The notes: generated by a model from the letters alone, not told the origin. A stretch of DNA of 64,000 nucleotides from Waterburya sp. (GCA_965217895.1 CBDCJV010000002.1:576001-640000); one strand, 5' to 3'; numbered from the stretch's first letter, positions 20,531 through 31,401 are shown. Translations and numbers: made by a program.

Positions 20531-21178
20531 ATGCCAAAAATCTGTTCTTATGGATTTTCCTGCGCCTCTATGCTTCTTCAGCCAGGACTGACGGCAGAAG
20601 ATTGTCCCAACCAATCAGTTTGCGGAACTATAATTCAACTTACAGAAGAAGAACAGGCTCAATTGTATGAAGCCAGAATGGAAAATAATCGCCGTGTAGT
20701 CCAGACAGTATTGATGTCTCCACAAGAAACAGCACAAAGACTATTAAACGATCAAGGTTGTCCTCAAACGAATGAAACTATTGGTGTAGAAGAGTCTATT
20801 GCCGCTCTAATCGATCGCATAGCTCAATGTCAGGAAATAATTGCCGAACTATCATCATCTTATGTTGCTCCACCAGGAGCAGAGGCACATCGTTATTTAG
20901 TCAAACGCCCCTACGCCACCTACCAATATAATAAATTAACTAGCAAGGAAGCCATCTTCCCACCCCAACAAGAGTCACAAGAAGTAAAGGTACTTCACCT
21001 TTCTAGAGATACAGATCCTAGAAACATCTTAGGTAGATCGGGAATTGAACGCAGAAATAGAATTCTCTTACTCAAAACTCAAATAGAAAAAGCTACTAAT
21101 ATTCTATTTGATGCTATTGAAACCGTTTCAGCTACTTCAATAGAAGAGATTGTCGCCGAAAAGATTTTTGTTGAATAA
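20531..21178 (+). CDS. Uncharacterised 215-aa protein with an N-terminal Cx5C-x13-Cx5C motif, enclosed by inverted palindromic sites
   Basis: Intact ORF; Cys at positions 5, 11, 25 and 31; basic/aromatic HRYLVKRPYATYQYNKL segment. Confidence 0.8.
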   Translation: MPKICSYGFSCASMLLQPGLTAEDCPNQSVCGTIIQLTEEEQAQLYEARMENNRRVVQTVLMSPQETAQRLLNDQGCPQTNETIGVEESIAALIDRIAQCQEIIAELSSSYVAPPGAEAHRYLVKRPYATYQYNKLTSKEAIFPPQQESQEVKVLHLSRDTDPRNILGRSGIERRNRILLLKTQIEKATNILFDAIETVSATSIEEIVAEKIFVE

Positions 21179-21221
21179 TTAATAATTTTGTTTTTTGTTT
21201 TGTTTTGTTTAAAGATTGGAA

Positions 21222-21265
21222 GTTAATTCTAGCTATATACATAATACACTTTAGCTAGAACTAAT
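21222..21265. repeat. 44-bp palindromic site, right copy (inverted relative to the left copy)
   Basis: GTTAATTCTAGCTA-tatacataatacactt-TAGCTAGAACTAAT; its reverse complement matches the left site at 37/44 positions. Confidence 0.9.
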
Positions 21266-21349
21266 CTCCAGAAGCAATTTCCAATTTTTCTTTTGCCTTG
21301 TCGCTGGTAATAACTAAAGCGATCAAATCAATTAATAGCCTTAGAGAAG

Positions 21350-21930
21350 ATGAAACAGTTTATCCAGACTCCCAGACACAAAGGACTTGTCCGCATGTCA
21401 TATTTTAGATTAACTGGCTATGCTGGCACTGGTAAATCATTCCTGATCGTTCAGTTAATGAAATGGTTACTAAATCAGAAAATTAACTTTGTTGGTGGTA
21501 GTCCTACCAATAAAGCAGTTAAAAATCTCAAGCAAATGGCATCAGAAGCTCAGGTAAGCATCGAGGCTCATACCGTGGCGCAGCTATTGGGACAACAGCC
21601 AGAACTCAATGAAGAAACAGGGCAGGGCGAATGCCCAGATCGTCGTCTTCGACGACTGGCAAAGCTTTGCTTTGCGCGAAGAGTTTATTACTAAGGGTAC
21701 TGACAGCATCGGTGGCTACCAAGTTGCTTTGATTGATGAGTTTTCGATGATTTCCAAGTCCAATTTTAAAGATATCAATCAGGCTGTTTGGCATACTCCA
21801 ACCAAGGTTATCTTTGTAGGCGACGATGCCCAATTACCACCTGTAGGAGAGTCAGAGCCGATTATTGCCACCCATGAATACATAAAAGATGAAGCTACTC
21901 TCAGCTCGGTTGTAAGATATGACGGAGATA
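21350..21930 (+). pseudogene. RecD/Dda-like SF1 helicase fragment
   Basis: GYAGTGKS, SPTNKA, LIDEFSM, FVGDDAQLPPV, VVRY; frameshifted by a 52-bp insertion and cut by IS630 at the TA at 21929. Confidence 0.88.
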
Positions 21931-22950
21931 AGTACCTATGCAAAATTAATTACATAGCGATCGCCGAAATCTCGCAAAATATGTTCGACGTGATGAGTTA
22001 AATGCTTCCAGCTTGTGTAAGCTTGAGCTTCGATCCATTCATATTTCATAAATCGCCACAAAATTTCTATTAAGTTCAGTTGAGGAGAATAGGTTGGCAA
22101 CCAAAAGATTTCCATTTTCTGCTTACGCCATTGTGCTATCTTTTTCCGAAATGCTAGTGAGCGATGAATGGGGGCATTGTCTAAAACTACTACCGTGGAT
22201 TTGTTGATTTGTTGAACATATAAATCCAAAAATTTAATTACTACTTCACTAATGTAAGAATATAACTCGTTTTCTCTATTTAAAAGACCTAGAATATTTA
22301 GTCGTTTACTTTGTTTGCTATCTATTCCCACTTGCTGTTTTGTTTCTTGCCAAGCGTAGGGAACATAAGGAGTGAGACAGAATCCTGTTTCGTCCAAATA
22401 GCTTAAATCTATACTTCCCTGCTGTGATAACCTTTGTAAAGCTTTGAGAATTTGCTTTTTGACTTCGTACATCTTTTTGTCTGGTTGCCCATTGGTTACT
22501 TTTCTCACTCTCTTCCATTTCATTGCCAGACATTTTAGAATTCTTTTAACTGTGTCTTTGCTAGCAACTATTCCCCATTCTTCTCTGATTTTTTCAATTA
22601 CCTGCTTAAGGTTTTTCGGATTTTGTGTAACCCACTTTTTAATCTGCTGTTTTTGTGGCGTACTAAAAATTTCTTTTCTTCCTCTTCCAAGCCGATTATA
22701 CAAACCTACTAATTTGTACTTTGACCAGTTATTTTTCCAGTTGTATATTGTTTTTCGGCTAACTCCAAAGATTTCAATTAGTTCTTCCAGCTCGTATCTT
22801 GAGTCGATCAGCAATATACAGTGCGCTCTAGCTCTTACTTGATAGTTTTTACTTTGGCCGCGAGAGAGGCTTTCGGTCAGAAAGCCTCTCTAATCGCGGT
22901 GTTGACGATACAATCGCCATAATATTTTGACTGTTTCTGAACTCAGTTTT
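21929..22950 (-). mobile_element. IS630-family element; transposase damaged and the 5' end missing
   Basis: Terminus TA-AGTACCTATGCAAAATTAA; DDE motifs DETGF, VLDNAPIH, YSPQLNLIE; N-terminus interrupted by a hairpin insertion containing a stop. Confidence 0.9.
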
Positions 22951-22988
22951 CCCTCTAAATGCACTCTTTTCACTCTCGTTTTGACTTT

Positions 22989-25900
22989 CTATTTACCAGT
23001 GTAATTAATTTTGCTTGACCACTTATTGATGATTCTTTCGATTACAGCAATAGCTTTCTCTATTGGGATAAATATTCTTTGCTGCCAGGAGATGCGTTCG
23101 CTAGTGCAGCCTATGGCTATTAGCTGTTGGTAGATGGTCTGATTCCATCCCATCACTTCAATACGTTCGCTACCCATTACTTTAGAAAGCTTAATTCTTA
23201 ATATATCTGTAACTTTAGCAGCCTGTCCGCCGATAACTCGCTGGTAGATTGTTTCGGGTGTAGTTTCAATTTCTCGATCGAACTCTTTAAAGACATTCTC
23301 TATTGAGTATTCTGAAATTACGCGACCGAGAATCGCTTCGCCATCATCGGTAACAATGCGTCTAACTTTTAAATCTCCCTGCAAGCGATCCCAGATTGGT
23401 AGTAATAAGCCACTAATTATGTAATAGCTAGTAGTACTGTATTTTGGTAGCTCATTTAGCTTTAGCTGCCATAGACGTGAAAACTCTACTTCTGAGATTG
23501 GTTTCCAGTTTGATTTTTGGAACTTTGCTAGCTCCTCTTTAGAGATAAAGTCTGGACGCTTAAGATGAATTTGCTCGATGCTTTTGCCAGTTTTGGTGCA
23601 GGTTTCACTCCAAATGGGAACCGCATAAGCAACGTTATTCGATCTTTCATTAAAAACTAGCCGTGCGGTAGAACATTGTGTTACTTCAGCTAGAGCCTGC
23701 TGGACGCTGGTATATTCAATAATATTTTCTTGAATTACTCGGTTGGCGACAGTTTTGGCTTTTGATTCAGGATCTTGCCAAAGATCTGATTTCTCTACTA
23801 CTTGAATGCTGTGGGCATTGATTGTTTCTACTCCAGTTTGATAGTGGCCTGATTCTTTTGCTTCTGCGATATTTTCTTTGATGCGGCGGTCGAGATGTTC
23901 AAACAGATAATTCTGTAGATCTACTTCAAGTGCCAGTAAACGATTGAGAAAACGATTCATTGGAGGAGTGGGCAGTAAGGCTCCTTCATACTGCAAATGT
24001 AGTCCAGTTTTGGCTTCTAAAGTTTCTAGGCTACACTCAGGCAATGCTCCGAGTCTGATTTGGCTAATCAAGGTTGATAATGGAGCTTGAGCGTATTCAT
24101 TATTTAAGCTGTCTTCTGCTTTAAATAGACCGTTATTGCCTGTTTCTGCTTGACCTTTGGTAGATGGCTCCAAGAGTTGCCAGTCTTTGAGCTATTGAAC
24201 TGGTAAATCGCTTTTGTCCTTTAACATCAGTTGTTACCAAAATATAGACTGGAGGCTGCGCCTGGTGAGAACGGTGAGAGTGCCCAAAGCCTTGAATTGC
24301 ATCAGTTGCGTTCCAGCCAGACTCGACTAGATAGTGCTTGCGCAGACGCTGATTGGGAATTTTTAGTGAGGCATGATAAGAGCGTCCCGTTCCTCCTGAC
24401 TTGGAGAATGCGAGAATTTGTACCTCATCATTTTGGAACTTTTCAGCATCAGCGATATTGGCATTTTTATCTCGCTTTTTGGCGCGAATTTTGGTTTGTT
24501 CATTATCCTCATATTTTTCTAGCCTTAGTGAGCGACCGGTTATTTCTGCTATATTTTCATAGCCGAAGTAGAAGATTATTTGATCTAAAGCTGAATGGAT
24601 GGTTGGTAGCTCCATAATCTTGATAATTAATGCTTCTTTAAGCATCACAGCCTCTTGATTGAGGATTTTATTATCTTGAGCGTCTTTGGCATAGCTGGTA
24701 TAGGTATGACCGTCTTGTTCAATAGTTTCCATTAGGTACACTGGGAAGCTGTTGTTGAGAAAGTCTAGGATGTAAGATCTAGGGGAAATATCGATTTTAA
24801 GATCGTTCCACTCTTCAACTGGGATTGCCTCTAAAGTTCTTTGCAGCATAGCTTCATTAGTTGATGTAATCTGAAGAATTGGCGCAAATCCTGCGGCTAT
24901 ATCTGCCTCCATTGCGGCAATTAAGCTGGGACTGCTCATAGAGATCAATAGCTGATTGAAAAATCTTTGCTTGATCGATTCAAACGCTGAGTAGGCTATT
25001 CCTTGAGCAGAAGTTAAAGAGCTTTCTTCATTAGTGCAGGTACAGCTAAGTGCTTCGCTTATATTGTTGTGGATGATTTCAAAGGCTTTGGCATATTGGT
25101 TATAAATTTCAACCTGTTCTGGTGTTAGTTTATGTTCGAGGGTTTGATATTCAATTCCCTGGTAGCTAAGAGATCTTGCTAGATATAGTCCTTGAGCTTT
25201 AAGTTCTCGTGAGATTATCTCCATGGCGGCAATACCGCTATTGCCGATTTTCTCGATAAATACTTTGCGATCGCTAAAAGCACTGTTTCGAGTTCCCCAT
25301 AGACCTAATCTTTCGCCATAGGCTAGATTTTGAATTCTGCTGGCACCGGTGGCGCTGACGTACATAATTCTGGCATTGAGTAGCTGATGTTGAATCCTCA
25401 GTCCTGCTAATCCCTGAAGACTTGCCTTTTGAATTCCTCTTGAGCCGACCCTGACGTTCTTGGTGACTATTAGGTTCAGCGTAAGGAAAGTGAAGGACTT
25501 TATCATTTTCATCAATTTTGACCCATTTATCTAGCAGCTTGCTGTGGGCTTCCCCTGCTCTGATGATGGTTTCAAGCTGAATATCAGAGAGTATTCCCTC
25601 ATTTATAACCTGTTTGCAGTCCATTGCGGCGTATACTGCTAATAATCCGTTACCAGCAGAGGGTTCGAGTACAACATCGTTTTCTTTTACTTGAGCCGCT
25701 TGAGTAGCTAAATATGCCAGAGTAACAGGCGTAGAAAACTGTTGGAGCTTCTCTGATTTGTCAGATCGTTTATTGTGAACTGTATAGAGCTTTTCTAATG
25801 CGATTAAGTCTTCTAGGCTTACTCGATCGTGTTGGCGCTGATAGCTAATTAGATACTTGATTAAGCCGATTTCTACTGCTTCGTAGGCATCTTTCCAAAT

Positions 25901-26065
25901 CCAATATCCATCAGCATCAGAACCGCCACAAGCTTCAGTCATGATGGTTTTTAACTGATAGACCGATACTTTTTCTTGGCGCTGGAAACTTTTTAAAATT
26001 AAAGTCCCTGCATTTATTAAATTGTTGATTTTGCTAGGGACTAGATTAGAATATTGTGCCTGCAT
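22989..26065 (-). pseudogene. Strawberry-notch-family helicase/methyltransferase fusion in three fragments
   Basis: QQFSTP and VLEPSAGNGLL (MTase-like), YVSATGA, YLARSLSY, AEITGRS, SGGTGRSYH, QGFGHSHRSHQ, QKRFTSSIAQRL; two frameshifts and an apparent internal deletion. Confidence 0.87.
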
Positions 26066-26071
26066 AAGTTA

Positions 26072-26341
26072 TTAGTTCGGATATAATTTTCCGACTAAGT
26101 TCGCAGAACTTGTCTTAGGGTATTTTTCTTGGCGATATAGCGCGATCGCTCGGTTGATATTTGCTTCAATTCTGGGAGACACTTGGGGGTTGGTGGTAAA
26201 GTCTTCCAGATATTCTTCTGCTGCTGCGGGGATGTCTGCATTGTCAATATAGAGATAATTTTCCGCAGCATCGTTCACTTGGTCTTTTGTTAACGGTGTT
26301 TGCATAGGTGGCGATATTTTATCGCCAAATTGCGAACGCAA
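26072..26341 (-). CDS. Small hypothetical ORF or gene fragment
   Basis: Co-oriented, fills the gap between AbiEii and the helicase; no motif. Confidence 0.35.
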   Translation of the reverse strand: MRSQFGDKISPPMQTPLTKDQVNDAAENYLYIDNADIPAAAEEYLEDFTTNPQVSPRIEANINRAIALYRQEKYPKTSSANLVGKLYPN

Positions 26342-26349
26342 TTCCCCGT

Positions 26350-27357
26350 CTAGTCAAGCTCTTGCTTTGATTGGGATTGATTTGTTGATTGCTCTTTAGC
26401 CGATTTGGGGAGAGGGTATATTTTTTCCATTTCTCCTTGATACTCGCTAAACTTAAACTCTGGAGGTAGCTGCCATTTTTGTCGGGGAGTCCAATTTTGG
26501 TTGAATAAGCGATTCTTAGCCAAAGCTTGGGATACGGGCATGATAAATTCTGCTATCTCATCTATTGCCTCTTTGAATTTTGGACGCTCTCCCATCGCTC
26601 CTTCGGCATAGAATTTTTTCCAAGTTTTGTTTCTGTCTTTTCTGTAGGTAATAAATTTTGTGGTCAATCCAACAGGATTGATTCGGGGTATTTCTGTTCC
26701 TCGGTGATTGAAGGTGGCTTTTATCGCTTGTGATAGTTCTTTGCCCTGAAACCCGAAATTTCGAGCTAGATAAAGCAAGTCATAAAAATCTTTGATTCGA
26801 GAGTTTCTTATACCTAAATTAGTGACTGCTTCAAATTTTTCGGCGACGACAGTTTCTTTGGGGTAATGCCTAACCAATGGATTTTCTCTTCCCAAAAGAG
26901 TAGGAAACTTCCCTTCTGCTATCTGAGGATTAATTACCGAGCCGAAGCCAATATCAATCTGTCCTTTAATGGGTACGTCTTCGAGGTTTCCCTTAATATC
27001 TAGCCTTACTCCTTCGTATTTTTGACCAGCTTGGAGAATGCTGGTGGATATATCGCTGAATCTTAGTCCATCATTAAGAGGGATTTTGATAATTTCACTA
27101 AATTCTTCCTTAAGCTGTTGTGGATTGTTTGTGCCAAAACCCAGAAAATCAATATCCTTTGTTGGTCGATGTGCTTTTCCTGCTAATATCTGAAATACGC
27201 TAGCTCCTTTCATGACATATTTTTGATTGAGATTAGAACGACTAAAGCGGTCAACTAATCCTTCTCGAATGTACAGATCAGTTAGCTTTTCAAGAGATAT
27301 TCCTTCTTTATTTATTAAGTAAGTAAGTTGTTCTCTAACTGATAAATTTTGATTCAT
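26350..27357 (-). CDS. AbiEii nucleotidyltransferase toxin (type IV TA)
   Basis: MKGA...HRPTKDIDF, IDIGFG, ETVVAEKFEA, NSRIKDFYDL. Confidence 0.92.
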   Translation of the reverse strand: MNQNLSVREQLTYLINKEGISLEKLTDLYIREGLVDRFSRSNLNQKYVMKGASVFQILAGKAHRPTKDIDFLGFGTNNPQQLKEEFSEIIKIPLNDGLRFSDISTSILQAGQKYEGVRLDIKGNLEDVPIKGQIDIGFGSVINPQIAEGKFPTLLGRENPLVRHYPKETVVAEKFEAVTNLGIRNSRIKDFYDLLYLARNFGFQGKELSQAIKATFNHRGTEIPRINPVGLTTKFITYRKDRNKTWKKFYAEGAMGERPKFKEAIDEIAEFIMPVSQALAKNRLFNQNWTPRQKWQLPPEFKFSEYQGEMEKIYPLPKSAKEQSTNQSQSKQELD

Positions 27358-27992
27358 TAAGTATAAAGTTCAATTTTTTCAGGGTGTTTGAGGGCATCTT
27401 CAAAATCAATTCGCATTGATGGCTCCATATTTCTATGCCTTGCCCATGTTCTGATTTCAGCTATAGTGCAGCGATTATAAAGAAGCGCATCTTTGATAGA
27501 TTTGAAGGCAATATCTTCTCCGACCTCTCCGTAATAAACAAAGCAATCAGCTATGGTTTTTGGGACATTGTAGATTTTCATTTCTATGCCTTCTAGCAGA
27601 AGAGTTTCAATGCCCTCAAAGTATTCTTTTTCTTCCATAAAAACTATTTCAATTGGCAATTTTTTAGTGTCTGGATATGGCATTCCTTTAGGTAAAGCTA
27701 GACAAACTTTATTATTGATTACTTCGGTTAATTCGTAATAGCTTAGAGCAGATCCCAAGCAAACTACTCCGTCAGGAATGATTACTGTAGCAGCAACATT
27801 GCTGTGGTACGTGCTAAAAAAAGCATTTTTGGGTCGATAGGTTTTATCTGTAGATTGGATCAATATTTCAAGCTCTTTTAGCTTTGATATTGCTCGATTA
27901 TCAATACCAGCTAAGTTTAATTCTTCGCTGGTAACGATAGATTTTTGTCGCCCAAAGTTTTTGACTATATCAATTTGTTGTTCGAGCTTCAT
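27357..27992 (-). CDS. AbiEi antitoxin/transcriptional regulator (type IV TA)
   Basis: PDGVVCLGSALSYYELT and IYNVPKTIADCF motifs; directly upstream of AbiEii. Confidence 0.88.
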   Translation of the reverse strand: MKLEQQIDIVKNFGRQKSIVTSEELNLAGIDNRAISKLKELEILIQSTDKTYRPKNAFFSTYHSNVAATVIIPDGVVCLGSALSYYELTEVINNKVCLALPKGMPYPDTKKLPIEIVFMEEKEYFEGIETLLLEGIEMKIYNVPKTIADCFVYYGEVGEDIAFKSIKDALLYNRCTIAEIRTWARHRNMEPSMRIDFEDALKHPEKIELYT

Positions 27993-27995
27993 AGC

Positions 27996-29159
27996 TTATT
28001 TTTTTACCTGAATGGGCATGATTATATGTTGGGCTGGTTCTGGAACTAGATTCTGAATCTCAATGGGTTGGTTTGGCTGATTTATCAATATTTTAACTTC
28101 ACTCCCTGGTAGAGATTTTAAAGATTTGAGCAGATAATCATGGTTTAGGGTTACGGTTTGAGCTTGAATATTTCCCAGCAAGTATCCTGATTGAGTCTGA
28201 TTGCCGTTGGCGATGCCAGGTGTTTTAGCCTGAATATTTATTTGCTGTTGCTTTGGGCTGATGGTGATACTTACTAGGTTATCTTGGGCAACGCTATTTA
28301 CTAGAGTTAGGTTTTTAATCATCTGCTGGCGATCGACAATAGCCTGAATTTCAAACTCCCCAGGGATTAGCTTCTCGTATTGAGGGTAATTTCCTAAGAT
28401 TTGGTTACAAGTAAGGACAAATTTGTCCGTTGAGAACTCAACCAAAGTTTCGTCGAAAGTCAGAGTTATTATGCTGGAGTAATCGGCTTTGAGCGGAGTA
28501 CTCAGCAGGTTCATCGTCTTGCTTTGAATTATTAACTCAAATTCTTTTGCTGTATTATCCAAATTTACTTCCGTTTCCAAAGCCGCTAGCTGATGTGCGT
28601 CTGTGGCGCAGAACTTGAGCAGTTGGCTTTTGTTTTCTCTGACTAGCTTGAGATTGACTCCAGTTAGAATTTGTTTTGAGAGTTCTTTTGAGGCACAGTG
28701 TAAGGTTTGCTCGATTCCAGCTAGTAAATTTTCTGGCTTTAGCTTAATTGAAGTAGATTCAGACTCTAGTTCTGGCAGGGTAATAAATTCGTCCGCCAAG
28801 ATAGTATTCAAGCAAATTGTTACAGAATCACTTTTGATTATTAACTGGTCTTTGTGCAGCAAAATTTCTATTGCTTTGTTTTTAATTTTTTCTACCAGAT
28901 TCTTCAAATCCCAGGCACAAACGGTTATTTGTGAGTCTTTTGAGACTTGAGCCTCTAGGGCCAAGCAAACTAATTGACTGCCATCAAAGGTAGTTAGTTT
29001 TAACTCGTTTTTCCTGGCTTCAAGCAGAACGTTATTGAGGATTGCTGGCTGAAGATTTCTTTTGAGATTGCTGCAAACTATGGTTAAAGCAGTTTGTAAG
29101 CTCTGAGTGTTAATTATTAGCTGCATGGTTAATGTATTTATTTTTGCTTGGTTTAACAA
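27996..29159 (-). CDS. dnaN: DNA polymerase III beta sliding clamp, divergent accessory copy
   Basis: PAILNNVLLEA, ILTGV, ATDAHQL, GNYPQYEKLIP, IIMPIQ; not in dnaA-recF context. Confidence 0.9.
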   Translation of the reverse strand: MLNQAKINTLTMQLIINTQSLQTALTIVCSNLKRNLQPAILNNVLLEARKNELKLTTFDGSQLVCLALEAQVSKDSQITVCAWDLKNLVEKIKNKAIEILLHKDQLIIKSDSVTICLNTILADEFITLPELESESTSIKLKPENLLAGIEQTLHCASKELSKQILTGVNLKLVRENKSQLLKFCATDAHQLAALETEVNLDNTAKEFELIIQSKTMNLLSTPLKADYSSIITLTFDETLVEFSTDKFVLTCNQILGNYPQYEKLIPGEFEIQAIVDRQQMIKNLTLVNSVAQDNLVSITISPKQQQINIQAKTPGIANGNQTQSGYLLGNIQAQTVTLNHDYLLKSLKSLPGSEVKILINQPNQPIEIQNLVPEPAQHIIMPIQVKK

Positions 29160-30225
29160 ACTTTTTGGCGATCGCGAAAAATTCCTCTAGGGAGATGATT
29201 TCAAACCCGCGATCGTATTCATCGATATCTCCCTGAGATTTAGTAATCTGTCCCCACCAGGCAAACTCAAGCTCATAGCCATAGCTAATAATTAGAGAGG
29301 CAGCTTTTTGATACTGGATTAATATCAATCGATTGAGTACCGCTCCAGCATCGGGATATAGTACGACACGATTGCTATTCGTTAGCAGACTTGCTCGATC
29401 GAGATAGACTTTTAACTGCTGGGGAGAACTGGCAAACATCCCGCCACTAGCACCAATGACCACTTGCTTGAATTTATTGGCAGTATGAATTGCTTTGAAG
29501 CCAACTCCTTCGACGATACCTATATATCTAGATTTGATTTTATCTATTGGTAGGTAGAAGCCAAGGGGAATTTCTTCGTGTTCTTTTAAATGAATGCTAA
29601 ACTCTGGGGATTTTGCCCAGAGATAGCGTAAATTATTAGCAAAATCCAAACGAGTTTGCCAGCCTAAATATTGCTGTTGCTCATTGCAAATGGGGATTAG
29701 CAACCCGCTATACTTATTTACTAAAGACAAGCCATCAGGGGATATTCCTGCCAAACAAGGACTAACTTTATTGGTTAGCTTTTGCTTGTAGTCTAAAGAT
29801 TTGAACTGATAATATACCTGATGGCGATCGCTAAAGCCTCTTTGGTATAGAGTTTGTATATGTCTGGGCTTTAGCTTTAGCTGTTGAAGTAGCTTAGATA
29901 TTTCAAGATCTCTTTCTTCAATAGAAAGCAAATTTTGATAATTAGCTTGTTCGATCTGTCTGACTAATCTTGGCTTGGCTTTGGCTATAACTTTTTGGCG
30001 CTGATGATTGTTAGAACTTTGATGTAAGAATTCAGACCAGATTGCTGAAAGTTCTGCCGAAAGTTCTTGGGTTATATATTTACCCCACAGCAGATTATGA
30101 GTTTCACCGCAGTATTTATATCCAGGTAAATCTCCGCGATAGCTCATGCAGAAATACTGCTGCAGGCAAAAAAGGGATTTCTTGCCATTATGCTGGGATT
30201 CTATTTTTGATCGGGTATTCACCAA
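29110..30225 (-). CDS. Plasmid-type primase/TOPRIM-like protein
   Basis: LLIPICNEQQQYLGWQTR, IGIVEGVGFK, IGASGG, LYPDAG, GDIDE resemble TOPRIM domains of cyanobacterial plasmid replication proteins. Confidence 0.65.
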   Translation of the reverse strand: MVNTRSKIESQHNGKKSLFCLQQYFCMSYRGDLPGYKYCGETHNLLWGKYITQELSAELSAIWSEFLHQSSNNHQRQKVIAKAKPRLVRQIEQANYQNLLSIEERDLEISKLLQQLKLKPRHIQTLYQRGFSDRHQVYYQFKSLDYKQKLTNKVSPCLAGISPDGLSLVNKYSGLLIPICNEQQQYLGWQTRLDFANNLRYLWAKSPEFSIHLKEHEEIPLGFYLPIDKIKSRYIGIVEGVGFKAIHTANKFKQVVIGASGGMFASSPQQLKVYLDRASLLTNSNRVVLYPDAGAVLNRLILIQYQKAASLIISYGYELEFAWWGQITKSQGDIDEYDRGFEIISLEEFFAIAKKFVKPSKNKYINHAANN

Positions 30226-30504
30226 GATTTTGATAACCTAATTCTCTTAGTACTCTGTAACCATGTTTGCAGCAGCCGCTGCCAAACTGCTCCTGCTGTT
30301 TCTGGAAATCTCGACATTTACATTCAACTCCAATGTCAGTTACTCGCACTGGATATTTAGAGTTAGTTTCTGGATTGGAAACTAGATATACGTTGCCGTA
30401 TTTAGTTGTATTCAGCTTGAAATTTTTGCTTCTTTCTTGTCTGCAGCTATAAAGGGAATTAAATCATTATCCATCTTGCCAAATTCTCCTATCGTAGATT
30501 AGGT

Positions 30505-30582
30505 CTAAAGATGATGAGCCAAATGAACTGCCAGGGTAGTTTTGCCAGAACCACCTTTGAGAGATGATAAGCATATAATCAT
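30505..30582 (-). pseudogene. parA: parA 5' stub, copy 1
   Basis: MIICLSSLKGGSGKTTLAVHLAHHL*, with the deviant Walker A KGGSGKTT. Confidence 0.85.
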
Positions 30583-30583
30583 T

Positions 30584-30652
30584 ACTTCAAGTGAATACTT
30601 GAGTAAGTACCTACTTGTTCAAGTAAATGTCAGCTCGAAAATTTCAATATGG
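30584..30652. repeat. AAGT/ACTT-rich short iterated repeats upstream of parA stub 1 (centromere/operator-like)
   Basis: acttcaagtgaatacttgagtaagtacctacttgttcaagtaaat, homologous to the array at 31529. Confidence 0.55.
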
Positions 30653-30755
30653 CAATTGTTTGTCAGTCATTTTTCTCAGAAGACTCTAAAGGGAACTATT
30701 ATAAAATATAATGGTATTATATATAGTGCCATAATGGTCTTATTTAAATCTAAAA

Positions 30756-31175
30756 GTGAGTGTCAGAATAGTTATTGATACCAATGTTTTGGTAGGTGCA
30801 TTAATAGGTCAAGAGAGGAGCGCGAATAGAAAGTTACTAGAATTATGTTTAAAAGGAGAATTTCAGCCTTTAATTAATTACACTCTGTTTTCTGAGTATG
30901 AGGACTTAATCAATAGACCATCCATTCTTAAATTGTGTAAACGCTCTCCAGAAGAAATAAATATTTTATTTGATGGGTTGTTAAGCGTTTGTGAGTTGGT
31001 AAAAATTTATTATTTATGGAGACCTAATTTAATAGATGAAGGTGATAACTATCTAGTGGAACTAGCTATTGCAGGTAATGCACAAATACTAGTCACACAT
31101 AACACTAAAGATTTTCAACAATCGCAGTTAAAGTTTCCCCAATTACAAATTAAACAACCAAAGGAGATTATTTAA
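30756..31175 (+). CDS. PIN-domain toxin
   Basis: IVIDTNVLV, WRPNLIDEGDNYLVELA, LVTHNTKDF. Confidence 0.9.
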   Translation: MSVRIVIDTNVLVGALIGQERSANRKLLELCLKGEFQPLINYTLFSEYEDLINRPSILKLCKRSPEEINILFDGLLSVCELVKIYYLWRPNLIDEGDNYLVELAIAGNAQILVTHNTKDFQQSQLKFPQLQIKQPKEII

Positions 31176-31176
31176 T

Positions 31177-31401
31177 ATGGGTTCATTACATTTGAGAATT
31201 CCAGACGAGAAACATCAAAGACTTAGAGAGTTAGCTAAATCCAGGAATATTAGTGTTAATAAGCTATTGTCAGAATTAACTACAATGGCTTTAACTGAAT
31301 ACGATATTGAAACAAGATTTAAACTAAGAGCCAGCAGAGGCTCAACAGAAAAAGCACTTTTAGTTTTAGATAAACTGAAACAAGATTTTGAAGATTCTTA
31401 A
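31177..31401 (+). CDS. RHH antitoxin paired with the PIN toxin
   Basis: LHLRIPDEKHQRLRELAKSRNISVNKLL. Confidence 0.85.
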   Translation: MGSLHLRIPDEKHQRLRELAKSRNISVNKLLSELTTMALTEYDIETRFKLRASRGSTEKALLVLDKLKQDFEDS

